Source of the DNA: Octopus vulgaris
Taxonomy: Eukaryota
Assembly (NCBI GenBank): GCA_951406725.2
Contig: OX597836.1
Location: 10,106,001-10,170,000 of the forward strand
Length of the DNA stretch: 64,000 bases
Direction: 5' to 3'
This document shows, in pieces, positions 23,881 to 38,034 of the stretch. Under the pieces are notes generated by a model. The model saw only the letters and a list, made by a program, of their open reading frames with translations, ran no database searches and was not told the DNA's origin. Made by a program: the position numbers and the translations under genes. Within the stretch, counting starts at the first letter, position 1, and every line of letters starts with the position of its first letter.

Positions 23881-24649
23881 GAAAAGGTTCCTTCAGGACT
23901 GGAAAAAAAAAACGAGGCTAAAATAAATAATTTGTAAATTGTGAGTTATCTCCCTTGCACTATTGGCTTTTTGTTGTTCCTTGGATTACTCTTACGTAAG
24001 TGGACTCGGCTAAACCGTTAGAGGGTCGAACAATTATGGATATCTCGTCACGGCACTGAACGTCATGAGTTCAAATACCGTTGTGTTCAACTTTGCTTAT
24101 TATCGTTTAGAGGTTCGTGAAATAAAGTAAGAGTCAAATACTGGCGACCGCTTGTATCGACTAACTCCCTTCCCGTCTATCATCCTTTTTATTTTATTGT
24201 TTCAGTCATTAGACTTCATTAGACTGCGGCCATGCTGGAGCACCGCTTTGAAGAATTTCTAATCGAATAAATGGACCCCATGAATGATTTTCTTCAAGAC
24301 CTGTGCTTATTCTATCGGTGTCTTTTGCCGAACAGCTAAGTTATAGGGACGAAAGGAAATCTCTCTCTCTCTCTCTCTCTCTCACATACACATGTATATG
24401 TGTGTGTGTGTGTATGTTTGTGTGTGTGTGTGTGTGTATATATATATGTGTATATATATTTATGTATATATCTGTGTATATATATATATATGTATATATA
24501 TATGTGTATATGAACAATTGACAGTGCTCTCTCTCTCTCTTAAAACTATAAAATGATAATAATAATAATCCTTTCTGTTATAAGCACAAGACCTGGATTT
24601 TGTGGGGCGGGGGTAAGTCGATTGCATCGACCCCAGTACTCAACGCATA

Positions 24650-24998
24650 GGGCAGCGAGCCGGCAGAAACGTTAGCACGCCGGTCGAAATGCTTAGCGGT
24701 ATTTCGTAAATTAAGTACCAGTTACGCACTGGGGTCGATGTAATCGACTTAATACCTATGTCTGTCCTTGTTTGTCCACTCTGTGTTTAGCCCCATGTGG
24801 GTAGTAAAGAAATAGGTATTTCGTCTGCTGCTACGTTCTGAGTTCAAATTCCGCCGAGGTCGACTTTGCCTTTCATCCTTTCGGGGTCGTTTAAATAAGT
24901 ACCAGTTACGCACTGGGGTCGATATAATCGACTTAATCCGTTTGTCTGTCCTTGTTTGTCCCTTCTATGTTCGACCCCTTGTGGGCAATAAAGAAATA
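24650..24998 (+). mobile_element. SINE family B dimer nested in older minus-strand relative (24570-25146)
   Basis: Head plus two bodies joined at AAGAAATA|GGTATTTCG (24814/24815); TSD AGTACTCAACG at 24635-24645 and 24999-25009. Confidence 0.85.
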
Positions 24999-25160
24999 AG
25001 TACTCAACGTGTATTTGTTTTATCGACCCCGAAAGGATGAGAGACAAAGTCGACCTCGGTGGAATTCGAACTAAGAACCTAAAACCGACGAAATGCCGCT
25101 AAGCATTTTGCCTGGCGTGATAACGTTTCTGCTAGTTCACCGCCTTAATAATAATAATGA

Positions 25161-25541
25161 TGGAGGCGCAATGGCCCAGTGGTTAGGGCAGCGGACTCGC
25201 GGTCATAGGATCGCGGTTTCGATTCCCAGACCGAGCGTTGTGAGTGTTTATTGAGCGAAAACATCTAAAGCTCCACGAGGCTCCGGCAGGGGATGGTGGT
25301 GATCCCTGCTGTACTCTTTCACCACAACTTTCTATCACTCTTACTTCCTGTTTCTGTTGTACCTGTATTTCAAGGGGCCGGCCTTGTCACTCTCTGTGTC
25401 ACGCTGAATATCCCCGAGAACTACGTTAAGGGTGCACGTGTCTGTGGAGTGCTCAGCCACTTACATGTTAATTTCACGAGCAGGCTGTTCCGTTGATTAG
25501 GATCAACCGGAACCCTCATCGTCGTAACCGACGGAGTGCTT
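25161..25541 (+). mobile_element. tRNA-derived SINE (family C)
   Basis: A box TGGCCCAGTGG, B box GGTTTCGATTCC; 3' half shared with family E; head repeated at 50862-51003. Confidence 0.85.
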
Positions 25542-25559
25542 CCACAATAATAATGATAA

Positions 25560-26174
25560 TGCCACAAGGGCAGTTATTTGTCGGGGAAGGGGATGAGTCG
25601 ATTACATCGACCCCATTGTTCAACTGGTACATATTTTATAGACCCCGAAAAAATGAAAAGCAAAGCCGACCTAGACTGAATTTGAACTCAGAACGTAGCG
25701 ACAGACAAAATAACGCTAAGTATTTCGTCCAGTGCGCTAACGATTCTGCCAGCTCGACGCCTTGCATGGTAATAATAATAATTTTTTCTACTCGGTAGAC
25801 AATAAGAGGTAGATAACATACCGAGGTCGACTTTGCCTTTCAGGGTCAATTAAACAAGTACCAGTTACGCACTGGGGTCCATATAATCGACTTAATCCCT
25901 TTATCTGTCATTGTTTGTCCTCTCTTTGTTTAGCCCCCTGTAGGCAATAAAGAAATAATAATCCTTTCTACTGTAGGCGCAAGGCCCGTATTCTGTAGGG
26001 AAGGGGATAGTCGACCACATCGACCCCAGTACTCAACTGGTTCTTAATTTATCGACCCTGAAATGATGAAAGGCACAGTCGACCGGGGCGGAATTTGAAC
26101 CCTAGACGTAACGACTAACGAAATGCCGCTAAGCATTTTGCTAGGCGTGATAACGATTCAACCAGCTCGTTGCC

Positions 26175-26177
<3 letters not shown>
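25560..26177. mobile_element. Cluster of three family B-related SINE copies
   Basis: TCGACCCC / AAGTACCAG / GAATTTGAAC motifs in both orientations. Confidence 0.75.
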
Positions 26178-26224
<47 letters not shown>

Positions 26225-26260
26225 TTTCTCTCTCTCTATATATATATATATACTCTCACA

Positions 26261-26335
<75 letters not shown>

Positions 26336-26364
26336 TCACATACATACATACATACATATATATA

Positions 26365-26465
<101 letters not shown>

Positions 26466-26647
26466 TAGTAAAAAGTGAAAAGTGAAAAAACTACAGAAGG
26501 CTTGTTTTGAAAGGTTAAAAAATATATATTTGAGTCAATATGTCTGAAGAATGTTATAAATTTTTTTCATACAATGACATAGTATAGAAGAAATGACCGG
26601 TTTCGCGTTCAGGTTTTCAAATTTCTTAAAACGTATATACCAACTTT

Positions 26648-26704
<57 letters not shown>

Positions 26705-26864
26705 GTATGTATGTATAGTTTTAGTTAGATGTGTTTAAACCCCCTTAGAGATAGATGTATCCAAAGGCACTCCTGGTAATTACCTCAGTAAGTAAGGTCC
26801 TTGGTGTGAGGCATACGGCTGCAGGTAATTTAAAGGTACACCGTAGTTTAATGTATATATAGAC

Positions 26865-27076
26865 GATAAGAAAATGGAGGAAAAACTACAATGAGAAGTG
26901 TTAGACCAGGTGAGGGTAAGAGTGAGCTTACGGCTGTTTCTGTGTACCATATTGAGGTAAATATGTATTTAAATACATATTTACCTCAATATGGTACACA
27001 GAAACAGCCGTAAGCTCACTCTTACCCTCACCTGGTCTAACACTTCTCATTGTAGTTTTTCCTCCATTTTCTTATC
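26865..27076. repeat. Perfect 212-bp palindrome (106-bp arms, no loop)
   Basis: Centre TATTT|AAATA at 26970/26971; arms read as exact reverse complements. Confidence 0.95.
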
Positions 27077-27159
27077 TTGTATGTATGTATATGTATATAT
27101 GTATATGTATATATGTATATGTATATATGTATATGTATATATGTATATATATGTGCATG

Positions 27160-28220
27160 TGTGTGTCTGTCTTTGAGTCTGTGCTTGTCTCCCACCACCG
27201 CTTAACAACCGGTTTTGGTTTGTTTACATCCCCGTAACTTAGCGGTTCGGCAAAAAAAACGCCCGATAGAATAAGTACCAGGCTTACAAGCACTGGGGTC
27301 GATTCGGTCGACTAAAAACTCCTTCAAGGCAGTGGTGCTCCAGCATGGCCGCAGTCCAATGACTGGAACAAAAAATAGTATATATCTATAGGCGCAGGAG
27401 TGGCTGTTTGGTAGCTTGCTTACCAACCACATGGTTCCGGGTTCAGTCCCACTGCATGGCACCTTGGGCAAGTGTCTTCTACTATAGCCTTGGGCCGACC
27501 AAAGCCTTGTGAGTGTATTTTATAGACGGAAACTGAAAGAAGCCCGTCGTATATATGTATATGTATATATATGTGTGTTTGCGTGTCTGTGTTTGTTCCC
27601 CCAACATCGCTTGACAACCGATGCTGGTGTGTTTACGTCCCCGTAACTTAGCGGTTCGGGAAAAGAGACCGATAGAATAAGTACTAGGCTTACAAAGAAT
27701 AAGTCCTGGGGTCGATTTGCTCGACTAAAGGCGGTGCTCCAGCATGGCCGCTGTCAAATGACTGAAACAAGTAAATAAAAGAGTATATATATAATATATA
27801 AAAGAGTATATATAAAATAAAAGAGTATATATCGGCGCAGGAGTGGCTGTGTGGTAAGTAGCTTGTTTACCAACCATATGGTTCCGGGTTCAGTCCCACT
27901 GCGTGGCACCATGCGCAAGTGTTTCTACTATAGCCTCGGGCCGACCAAAGCCTTGTGAATGGATTTGGTAGATGGAAACTGTAAGAAGCCCGTCGTATAT
28001 ATGTATATATATATATATATGCGTGTGTGTGTTTGTGTGTCTGTGTTTGTCCCCCTAGTATTGCTTGACAACCGATGCTGGTGTGTTTATGTCTCCGTTA
28101 CCTAGCGGTTCGGCACAAGAGACTGATAGAATAAGCACTGGACTTACAAAAGAATAAGTCCCGGGGTCGAGTTGCTCGATTAAAGGCGCTGTCAAATGAC
28201 TGAAACAAGTAAATAAAAGA

Positions 28221-28222
<2 letters not shown>
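27160..28222 (+). mobile_element. Head-to-tail family A SINEs (3' half plus two near-full copies)
   Basis: Heads at 27390 and 27833. Confidence 0.9.
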
Positions 28223-28283
<61 letters not shown>

Positions 28284-28800
28284 TTCAAAATGCATTAGAT
28301 TTTGATATATTTTTGATTTTCATTTAAAAAAAAATTTTTTTATTTCATTTATTCAATTTTTTTCCTTTTATTTTTTTTATTTAAATTTTTTTTCTTTTGG
28401 TCACCAACAAAATTTGCTGCCCCTAAAAACAAACGTTGAAAACCAAGTGCAGACATCAACGGCGACTTCACTTTTCAAAGGAACTTTCCGTCTATGCCGT
28501 TTCCGTTTAAAAGCCAGCCACCCTTTCTTTTCCTCGCCTCGCCCCGTTTTGCAGAACTTTCTTCTTTTAATTTCTCGTTATTCTGATCCTGTGTCAAGTT
28601 TCTGGGGCTCGAAGCTATTAACTCACAAACCGTCCATTGCTGACTTCAAACCGGCACGAAACCCAACGACACACAATGAAAATAACGTACTTTGATATTG
28701 TTTATCTCTAGGACATGTTCTTTAGAAGCTTCAACTAAATCTCCACACTTGTAAACCAAACACCCCGCTATCTTCCTGTTGTTCTCTGCCGATACGCAGA

Positions 28801-28812
28801 TGCGCATGCGCG
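28801..28812. promoter_or_regulatory. NRF1-consensus motif beside a CpG-retaining unique region (candidate promoter)
   Basis: TGCGCATGCGCG; unique CpG-rich DNA 28400-28800. Confidence 0.3.
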
Positions 28813-29011
28813 AGTACACGCATGTGTGTGCATGCTGTGTATGTGTGTGTGTGTGTGTGTGTATGTAAATATGCATGTATGTGTATATCTATCTAGTTAG
28901 CTATGTATGTAAGTTTGTACGTATGTGTTTATATATATGTATGTAAATATATGAGTATAAACGTGTATATATATGAGTATTAACGTGTATATATATATAT
29001 ATATGTATATA

Positions 29012-29057
<46 letters not shown>

Positions 29058-29166
29058 TATAAACGTGTATACATATATATATATATATATATATACATGA
29101 GTATAAATGTGTATTTGTATGTATATGCGCATATATATATGTGTGTGTATATGTGTAGATATGTAC

Positions 29167-29243
<77 letters not shown>

Positions 29244-29299
29244 CGTCGAAGTAGGTAAATTATTAGATTATTTCTCTCTGTCGTATCACGCTACATAGT

Positions 29300-29338
<39 letters not shown>

Positions 29339-30051
29339 TCTCTCTTCCCCTCTCGCTCTCCTCCTCTCGCTCTCCTCACTCCCCCCTCTCTCTCTCTCAG
29401 CCATCATCATTTTATATCCAGTGTGACAGCCTTGTATATTTTATACATCTAATATAATAGAGTCAAAACGAAAATACACAGGCCTCTTTACATAGCTTAA
29501 TAGCCCTGCATTTAATGATAGCGTTGTTATGTGTGTGTGATAAGCTCTCAGAAAAACCAATCTGCTACACGGCTTCGTGTCCTTCTGAACCGTTTCACCA
29601 ATTAGCAATGTTGCTTTGCTTTTTTTATAATTTACTGAAAGCAACAGAAATCAAACCCGAACTCCGTTGCAAAAACCTCGTATTACTTAACTAGAGTCAC
29701 GCGAAGAAGCGTTTAAATGAAATAGAAAAATCGTGTGGTTAATAAGCTCGCTTTGCGACTACGTGGTTACGGGTTCAGTTCGCCCTGGCGTGGAACGTTG
29801 TGCAAGTGTCTTTCTTCTAGCGTAACCCCGGGCCTTCTAAAATAATTTGGTAGGCGGTAACTGTGCGGAAGCCCATCGTAAGATTGTGGTTTCGATTCCT
29901 GGACCTGGCGATTACGTTGTTCCAGTTCACTCAGCTGTAGAAATGAGTGTAGCCTTTCGAGGGATAGGGGTCCACCAGGCTTTCTCGCTCTAGATACGCT
30001 GCATAGCTGCAGAGCCCCACCGCCCCGTAAGGGATTAAGGGACCTGTCAAT

Positions 30052-30264
30052 ATACTCTTTTTACTCTCTTACTGCTTTCAGTCCTTTGACTGCGGTCATG
30101 CTGGAGCACCGCCTTTTTAATCGAGCAAATCGACCCCAAGACTTATTCTTTGTAAGCCTAGCACTTGTTCTATCGGTCTCTTTTGCCGAACCGCTAAGTT
30201 ACGTGGACGTAAATACACCAGCATCGGTTGTCAAGCGCTATTTAGGGGACAAACGCAGACACAA

Positions 30265-30349
<85 letters not shown>

Positions 30350-30519
30350 AATCTACAACGGGCTTCTTTCAGTTTCCGTCTACCAAATCCACTCACAAGG
30401 CTTTGGTTGGCCAGAGGCTATAGTAGAAGACACTTGCCCAAGGTTCCACGCAGTGGGACAGAACCCGGAACCATGTGGTTGGTAAGCAAGCTACTTACCA
30501 CACAGCCACTCCTGCGCCT
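30052..30519 (-). mobile_element. SINE family A, full length
   Basis: Collinear with other copies. Confidence 0.9.
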
Positions 30520-30595
30520 AAACATAAAGTGCTTTCGGATGTGTGTCTGATCTCATTGGTTGTTCTGTGATAACTCTGGTAGTGTTTCATGAAAG

Positions 30596-30917
30596 TGCAT
30601 GGCTTAGTGGTTAGGTATATTCAATTCACAGTCGTAATGTCGTGAGTTCGATTCCCGGCGGCATGTTGTGTCCTTGAGCAAGACACTTTATTTCATGTTG
30701 CTCCAGTCCACTCAGCTAGCAAAAATGAGTTGTACCTGTATTTCAAAAAGATGCCAGCCTTGTTACATTCTGTGCCACAGAGAATCTCCCCGAGAACCAC
30801 GTTAAGAGTAAGCGTGTCTATGGTGTACTCGGTCACTTGCACGTTAATTTCACGAGCAGGTTGTTCCGTTGATCGGTTCAACTTGAACGTTCGTCGTCGT
30901 CGTAACCGACGGAGTGC
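30596..30917 (+). mobile_element. SINE family E
   Basis: Homologous to 2952-3268. Confidence 0.85.
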
Positions 30918-31404
30918 CGGTCACATGTTTCATCATTATGAGACCTTATCAGCGATGCGTAAACAACACGGACAATTTTTTTTTTATATTTTATACTCGA
31001 AGAGAGAGAAAAAATGATAATAATGACGTCGATTTGTATAGAGTAAGAGGGACACGAAAGGAATTTATCGGCCCCAGATCTTAGCTAGAAATTGGAAGCA
31101 TATATGAATGAAGTGGTTTTCTTTTGCCTCGATGTTCAGAACGACATCTAATCGGCCATGAATACAAACCGCGATAGATGTAAAGAAAGTGATGATAGCA
31201 GCGATAAAGAAGCTGCGGCAATTGCAGATGATAAATGGCGAATGAAGTGATGCTATCGGTGACATTGAGCTGTGGGAGATGGTGGTGAGATGTCGCTGGC
31301 GATGTTTCGATGTCGAAATTAAAAGCATTGATCAAATGAAATGAAAGCTCTCGTGTAGTGTGATGGTGACAGTGCGTTATCGTATCAATGTTATGGAGAG
31401 ATCG

Positions 31405-31965
<561 letters not shown>

Positions 31966-32074
31966 GTGTGTGTGTAAAATATATAAATGTATGTCAGTTT
32001 ATTCGTCTATTTGTCTATATGAATATGTGTACACACACACGCGCTCGTATATAATGTTATGTTATATATATTAA

Positions 32075-32146
<72 letters not shown>

Positions 32147-32290
32147 CGAAAGGATATCGACAAAACCGAGTGGACAGCCAATTTCAGAGTGTACTTTCCA
32201 CCGACCTTCACTAATAACACTCTTAAATGCCTTGGTTAGATCTATGAATACCACGAAGAGATCAAGGCCTCCTTGTTCGTTGCCCCTTTT
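32147..32290 (-). mobile_element. RTE (BovB-like) reverse transcriptase fragment
   Basis: EQGGLDLFVVFIDLTKAFKSVISEGRWKVHSEIGCP resembles FIDLTKAFDSV.REGLW.IL.K.GCP. Confidence 0.8.
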
Positions 32291-33498
32291 TTTCTGAAAC
32301 GGACGAAGATTAAAAAACAAAAAAAACCATGTCAGTTGTTTCGTCTTTAGTGGGAAAACCACTCAAACACTCTAAGTTCAAATCCTGTCGATAAGATAAA
32401 GTACCAGTACTGGTACTTTATCTTATCGACCCTGAAAGAATGTGTGTGTGAGAGAGAGAGAGAGAGTATGCGTGTATGTATGTGTATTTGTTTGTTTGTG
32501 TCTGTGTTTGACACCCCACCACCATCGCTTGACAGCTGATGGTTAGTGTGTTTACGTCACCGTAACTTAGCGGTTCGGCAAAATAGACCGATAGAATAAG
32601 CTTTCGTCGGCCCGAGGCTATAGTAGAAGACACTTTGCCCAAGGTGCCACGCAGTGGGAATGAACCCGGAACCATGTGGTTGGTAAGCAAGCAACTTACC
32701 ACACAGCCACTCCTGCGCCTATTAGCGAAGTTTCTTATAAAATAATTTTTTGCTGTAATCTTGGAAATAAATGGGTTTTGATTTACTGTCAGGTGACTTT
32801 TGGCCAGCCCTGTATAATGGTAGTGGTGTCGGAGGAGGGGTCACGCGATAGCCAGAGTGGTCGTAGAAGGGTGCTGCAGGTGGGCTGTGGGATGTAGTAG
32901 CTGTGGTATCATCTTCGGGGTAGCTGTGTAGGTAAATCACATCTGAAGGTTTCTTAGTAAAAAAAAACAAAAAAGGAATAAAGAAAAAAAGGGGCCATCC
33001 TAATTTACTATAGGTTCGCCTGTTTAGTTGCCTTTAAAAAAGAGCGGCCACGTTTTGTTTAAAGTTCCATTTAAGGGTTGTTTAGGGGCTGTTTAGAGGC
33101 TATGAATTGAAAGGTCGTAAACATAGGGTCCACTGTCAACTACAAGTAGTCCCCTACAACCCACATTCAGACCCTAACATCCACCCCAGACTTCGCTTTT
33201 TCTTTCTCTTGTGTATGGATCTACGCGTGTGGGCGTGTCCGTGTGTGTATACACGTTCGTGTAATGTGTAAATTTATATATATTATGCATGTGTAAAGCT
33301 TCCAATGTGTATGTGTATGTGTGGGTGTGCACGCACGCATATGTGTACGTATTTGGCTGTAATATGCATGTATGCGAGTATGTGTGTGTGTATGACTATC
33401 AATGTGTGTGTGATTTTAAACCCCGTTGGAATTCGCGGGAATTAGTGTGTATATATACGTTTATATGTGTGTATACGTATGTATATAGATGTGTGTGT

Positions 33499-33561
<63 letters not shown>

Positions 33562-33810
33562 TCTTTTATCTTTTACTTGTTTCAGTCATTAGACTGCGGC
33601 CATGCTGGGGCACGACCTTGAAGAATTTTTAGTCGAACGAATCTAACTCTGTACTTATTATTTTTCGTAATTTTGTTTTTACTAAGCCTAATACTTATTT
33701 TATCGGTGTACTTTACTGAACCGCTAAGTTACGAGGACGTAAACACACCAACACCGGTGCTTTGTAAATGGATTTGGTAGACGGAAACTGAAACAAGCCC
33801 ATCGTGTATA

Positions 33811-33841
<31 letters not shown>

Positions 33842-34126
33842 AGGAGAGAGTATGCGTGTATGTATGTGTATTTGTGTGTTTGTGTCTGTGTTTGACACCC
33901 CACCACCATCGCTTGACAGCTGATGGTTAGTGTGTTAACGTCACAGTAACTTAGCGGTTCGGCAAAATATACCGATAGAATAAGCACTGGGCTTACAAAG
34001 ATTAAGTTGTGGGGTCGATTTCTTCGACTAACCCACCTCTCCTGAAGGCGGTGCTCCAGCATGGCTGCAGTCAAACTACAGAAACAAAAGTATAAAAGAA
34101 TATATATACACATTGTAAGTGGAGCT

Positions 34127-34272
<146 letters not shown>

Positions 34273-34528
34273 AGTCACCTTGACAGGACCTCGGTGTTCA
34301 GTGAATTATGATTTTCTCTCAAGATAATAAAGTTGTTCCCGAGACGTTACGAGATGACAGCGGACCAGGGTCTTCTTATATATCTTGTTTTTATAGTCTG
34401 TCGTACATTAAGACCACCACAAAAATGGTAACTGTATGTCAGACATAAAAAAAGGACCTGGTTTGATACATGTGTGAATCCCATGGATACGTTTAGAATA
34501 AAATTAAGACGTAACGGTTACACACACA

Positions 34529-34942
34529 GGCGCAAGAGTGAGTGGCTGTGTGGTAAGTAGCTTGTTTACCAACCACATGGTTCCGGGTTCATTCCCACTG
34601 CGTGGCACCTTGGGCAAGTGTCTTCTACTATAGCCTCGGGCCGACCAAAGCCTTGTGAGTGGATTTGGTAGACGGAAACTGAAAGAAGCCCGTCGTATAT
34701 ATGTATATATATATGTGTGTGTGTGTGTGTGTTTGTTGTGTCTGTGTTTGTCCCCTAGCATTGCTTGACAACCGATGCTGGTGTGTTTATGTCCCCGTTA
34801 CTTTGCAGTTCGGCAAAAGAGATCGATAGAATAAGTACTGGGCTTACAAAAGAATAAGTCCCGGGGTCGAGTTGCTCGATTAAAGGCGGTGCTCCAGTAT
34901 GGCCGCAGTCAAATGACTGAAACAAGTAAAAGAGTAAAGAGT
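34529..34942 (+). mobile_element. SINE family A, full length
   Basis: Collinear with other copies. Confidence 0.9.
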
Positions 34943-35689
34943 ACACACACACACATACACACACTCATACATAGTCACATAGTTTCAGTCATTTGAATAA
35001 GGCCATACTGGAGCACTGCTTTCAATGGTTTAGGCCAACGAATCAACCCTAGAATTTTTTTCTTTTAAGTATGAAACTTAACTCTGTCGGCCTCCTTTAC
35101 TGCACCGCTAGGTTACAGGGACGTAAACAAACCAACGCCGGGTTGTCCAAGCGGTGAGAAGAACACCCTCCTCTCTCTCTCTCTCTCTCTCTCTGTCTGT
35201 CTCTCTCTCTTTCTCCCTCGCACGTACACACACACAGAGTCACATAGTTTCAGTCATTTGAATAAGGTCATACTGGAGCACTGCTTTCAATGGTTTAGGC
35301 GAACGAACCAACCCTAGAATTTATTTGTGTATTCTACAATACACAAAATATTTTCAATTTTTTTATACAATTTTTTTTATACAATGTAGGCGTAGGCGTG
35401 GCTGTGTGGTAAGAAGCTTGCTTCTCAACCATATGGTTCCGGGTTCAATTTGAGTCTGCCAGAACGTATTAATATTATGAATAGATACGTTAGTGTTTTA
35501 TTTCTTCGTTTAATTTCTAGTTGTTCTGCCTGAACTCCACTCACTCCCCTTTATACCTATATCAGAACACGGATACGCTCCTATATGTGTTCTCACACGC
35601 CGCTATTCCTCCCTTCTTAATTCCCTCCCATAGAGCCTCATTCCCACCTGGCTTCTAACCCCTCAATCGATTTTTCCTTTCTTTCCATT

Positions 35690-35860
35690 TCTCACAACCA
35701 CGTTTCCTCTTTCTCATTCCTCTTCTGTTATTTTTTCCCTTTTGACGAAGGACTAACATCCGAAACGTTAAAACTTTTCTTTTCTTCTTCTCACTATTAA
35801 ACTAATACTGTATTTGTTGAATTTATCCCTCTTGTGTTGTCTCTTTATATTTGTTCATTG
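35690..35860 (+). mobile_element. Old PLE-like terminal remnant with hammerhead-like motif
   Basis: TTGACGA-A-GGA(CTAACA)TCC-GAAACGTT-AAA at 35740-35773; downstream resembles the 62416-62627 family. Confidence 0.45.
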
Positions 35861-36087
35861 CATGTAACACCCCCCCCCCCCACACACCTGATTTAAGGTA
35901 CCGTGATTTGAGGATAATCTGGCTTCTGTTTCTAGCAGAGTTGAGCGACCACGTAGAAGCTCCCTCTGCGACGATGGTGGCATTAACGACAGCTAAGGTA
36001 GCCGTGATATAGTGGTCCTGGAGTTTTTTTTTCTTTTGTGGTGTTGGTGATGAATTACAAACACAATGGTCTTCGTAGAAATAACAG

Positions 36088-36138
36088 TGATAGTGGTGGT
36101 GGTGGTGGTGGTGGTGGTGGTGATGATGGCGGTGGTGG

Positions 36139-36169
<31 letters not shown>

Positions 36170-36618
36170 AGTGGTGGTGGTGGTGGTGGTGGTGGTGGTG
36201 GGTGGTACTAGGGAAGGGGAAGTTGTTCTTCATAGTGACAGTTGCAGTTGGTGTTGTTCTTGTTCTTGTTGTTGTTGTTGGTGGTGGTGGTACTGGTAGT
36301 GATGATGGTAGTGGCGATGGCGGTAGTGGGACAAGCGTTTCTTCATACTGACAGTTTTAATGGTGGAAGTGGCGGTGTCGGTTGTAGTGTTGTTGTAGTT
36401 GTTGATGATGGTGATGATGATGATGATGATGATAGTGGTGGTGGTGGTGGTGGTTGTGTTGGTGGTGGTGGTGGTGGTGGTGGTGGTGATGATGATGATG
36501 ATAATGATGATAGTGGTGGTGGTGGTGGTGGTGATGATGATGATGATGATGATGATAGTGGTGGTGGTGGTGGTGGTGATGATGATGATGATGATGATGA
36601 TAGTGGTGGTGGTGGTGG

Positions 36619-36652
<34 letters not shown>

Positions 36653-36797
36653 AGTGGTGGTGGTGGTGGTGGTGATGATGATGATGATGATAGTGGTGGT
36701 GTGGTGGTGGTGGTGATGATGATGATAGTGGTGGTGGTGGTGGTGGTGGTGGTGATGATGATGATGATGATAGTGGCGGTTGTGGTGGTGGTGGTGG

Positions 36798-36831
<34 letters not shown>

Positions 36832-36855
36832 GGTGGTGGTGGTGGTGGTGGTGTA
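36088..36855. repeat. Compound (GGT)n/(GAT)n trinucleotide array
   Basis: Direct reading. Confidence 0.95.
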
Positions 36856-37519
36856 ATTGTTATGGAAATTACGTAGTTAGATGTTTGTCGATGGGAGTGG
36901 TCAGTAATGGCAGCAACTCATAAGATACGAGAGTCTCCCGAACAGGGGATTAGACAATTACTATGTTATCCACAGACAGAAGACATTAAATCTTAATTTA
37001 TTTCTTTGTCTCTTAACGAACGGCCACCGTCCACCATCCATCCATGCCCTTTCCGTCTATTCCACTCTACCGCTTTCCCTCCTTTCACTCACACACCACC
37101 ATGTAACCATGAAGCTGCCAGACGCACCAGTCAGAATCTCTCTCAAATTATATATACCCAGGCGTAGGTGTGGCTGTGTGGTAAGAAGCCTGCTTCCCAA
37201 ACCTCATGGTTCCGGGTTCAATCTCACTGCGTGGCACCTTCGGCAAGTGTGACGCAGTGTGACTGTACCCGGAACCATGTGGTTGGGAAGCAAGCTTCTT
37301 ACCACACAGTCACCTTTCTGCCTATATATATATATATATATCCTCTTTTATTTGTTTCAGTCATGTGACTAAGGCCATGCTGGAGTACCGCCTTTAGTCG
37401 AGCAAATCGACTCCCAGGACTTCCGAACCGCTAACTTACGGGGACGTAAACACATCAGCATCGGTTGTCAAGCGATGTGGGGGGGGGGGTTGCAAACACA
37501 GACACACAAACATATACAT

Positions 37520-37568
<49 letters not shown>

Positions 37569-37729
37569 CATATATACGACGGGCTTCTTTCAGTTTCCGT
37601 CTACCAAATCCACTCACAAGGCTTTGGTCGGCCCGAGGCTATAGCAGAAGACACTTGCCCAAGGTGCCACGCAGTAGGACTGAATCCGGAACCATATGGT
37701 TCGTAAGCAAGCTACTTACCACACAGCCA

Positions 37730-37766
<37 letters not shown>

Positions 37767-38034
37767 TCTTAAAGGATGTTTTTGTGATCCTAAAACATAA
37801 ATTATGTGAATATTATGTGAAAAATTGAAGAAGACTTAATGTGAGGTAGAGTTAAATGTTATCAATAAGTTTATTGACAGTAACTCCGAAGTTTTGTTCG
37901 TAGTGGTACCGTCACTACAGGAGAAGCTTCGAAGTTACAGCCAAAAAAGTTATGCCTTCTTGAGCAAGATACTTCATTTCATATTGTTTCATTACTTAGC
38001 TGTAATGGGTGCCAACCGGCTACTTAAGCAGCTC

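Noticed and set aside
31065-31328. Signal-peptide-like minus-strand ORF
   Set aside because: No recognisable homology or convincing donor site
35823-36856. Poly-His / poly-Gly-Asp ORFs
   Set aside because: Translations of (GGT)/(GAT) microsatellite
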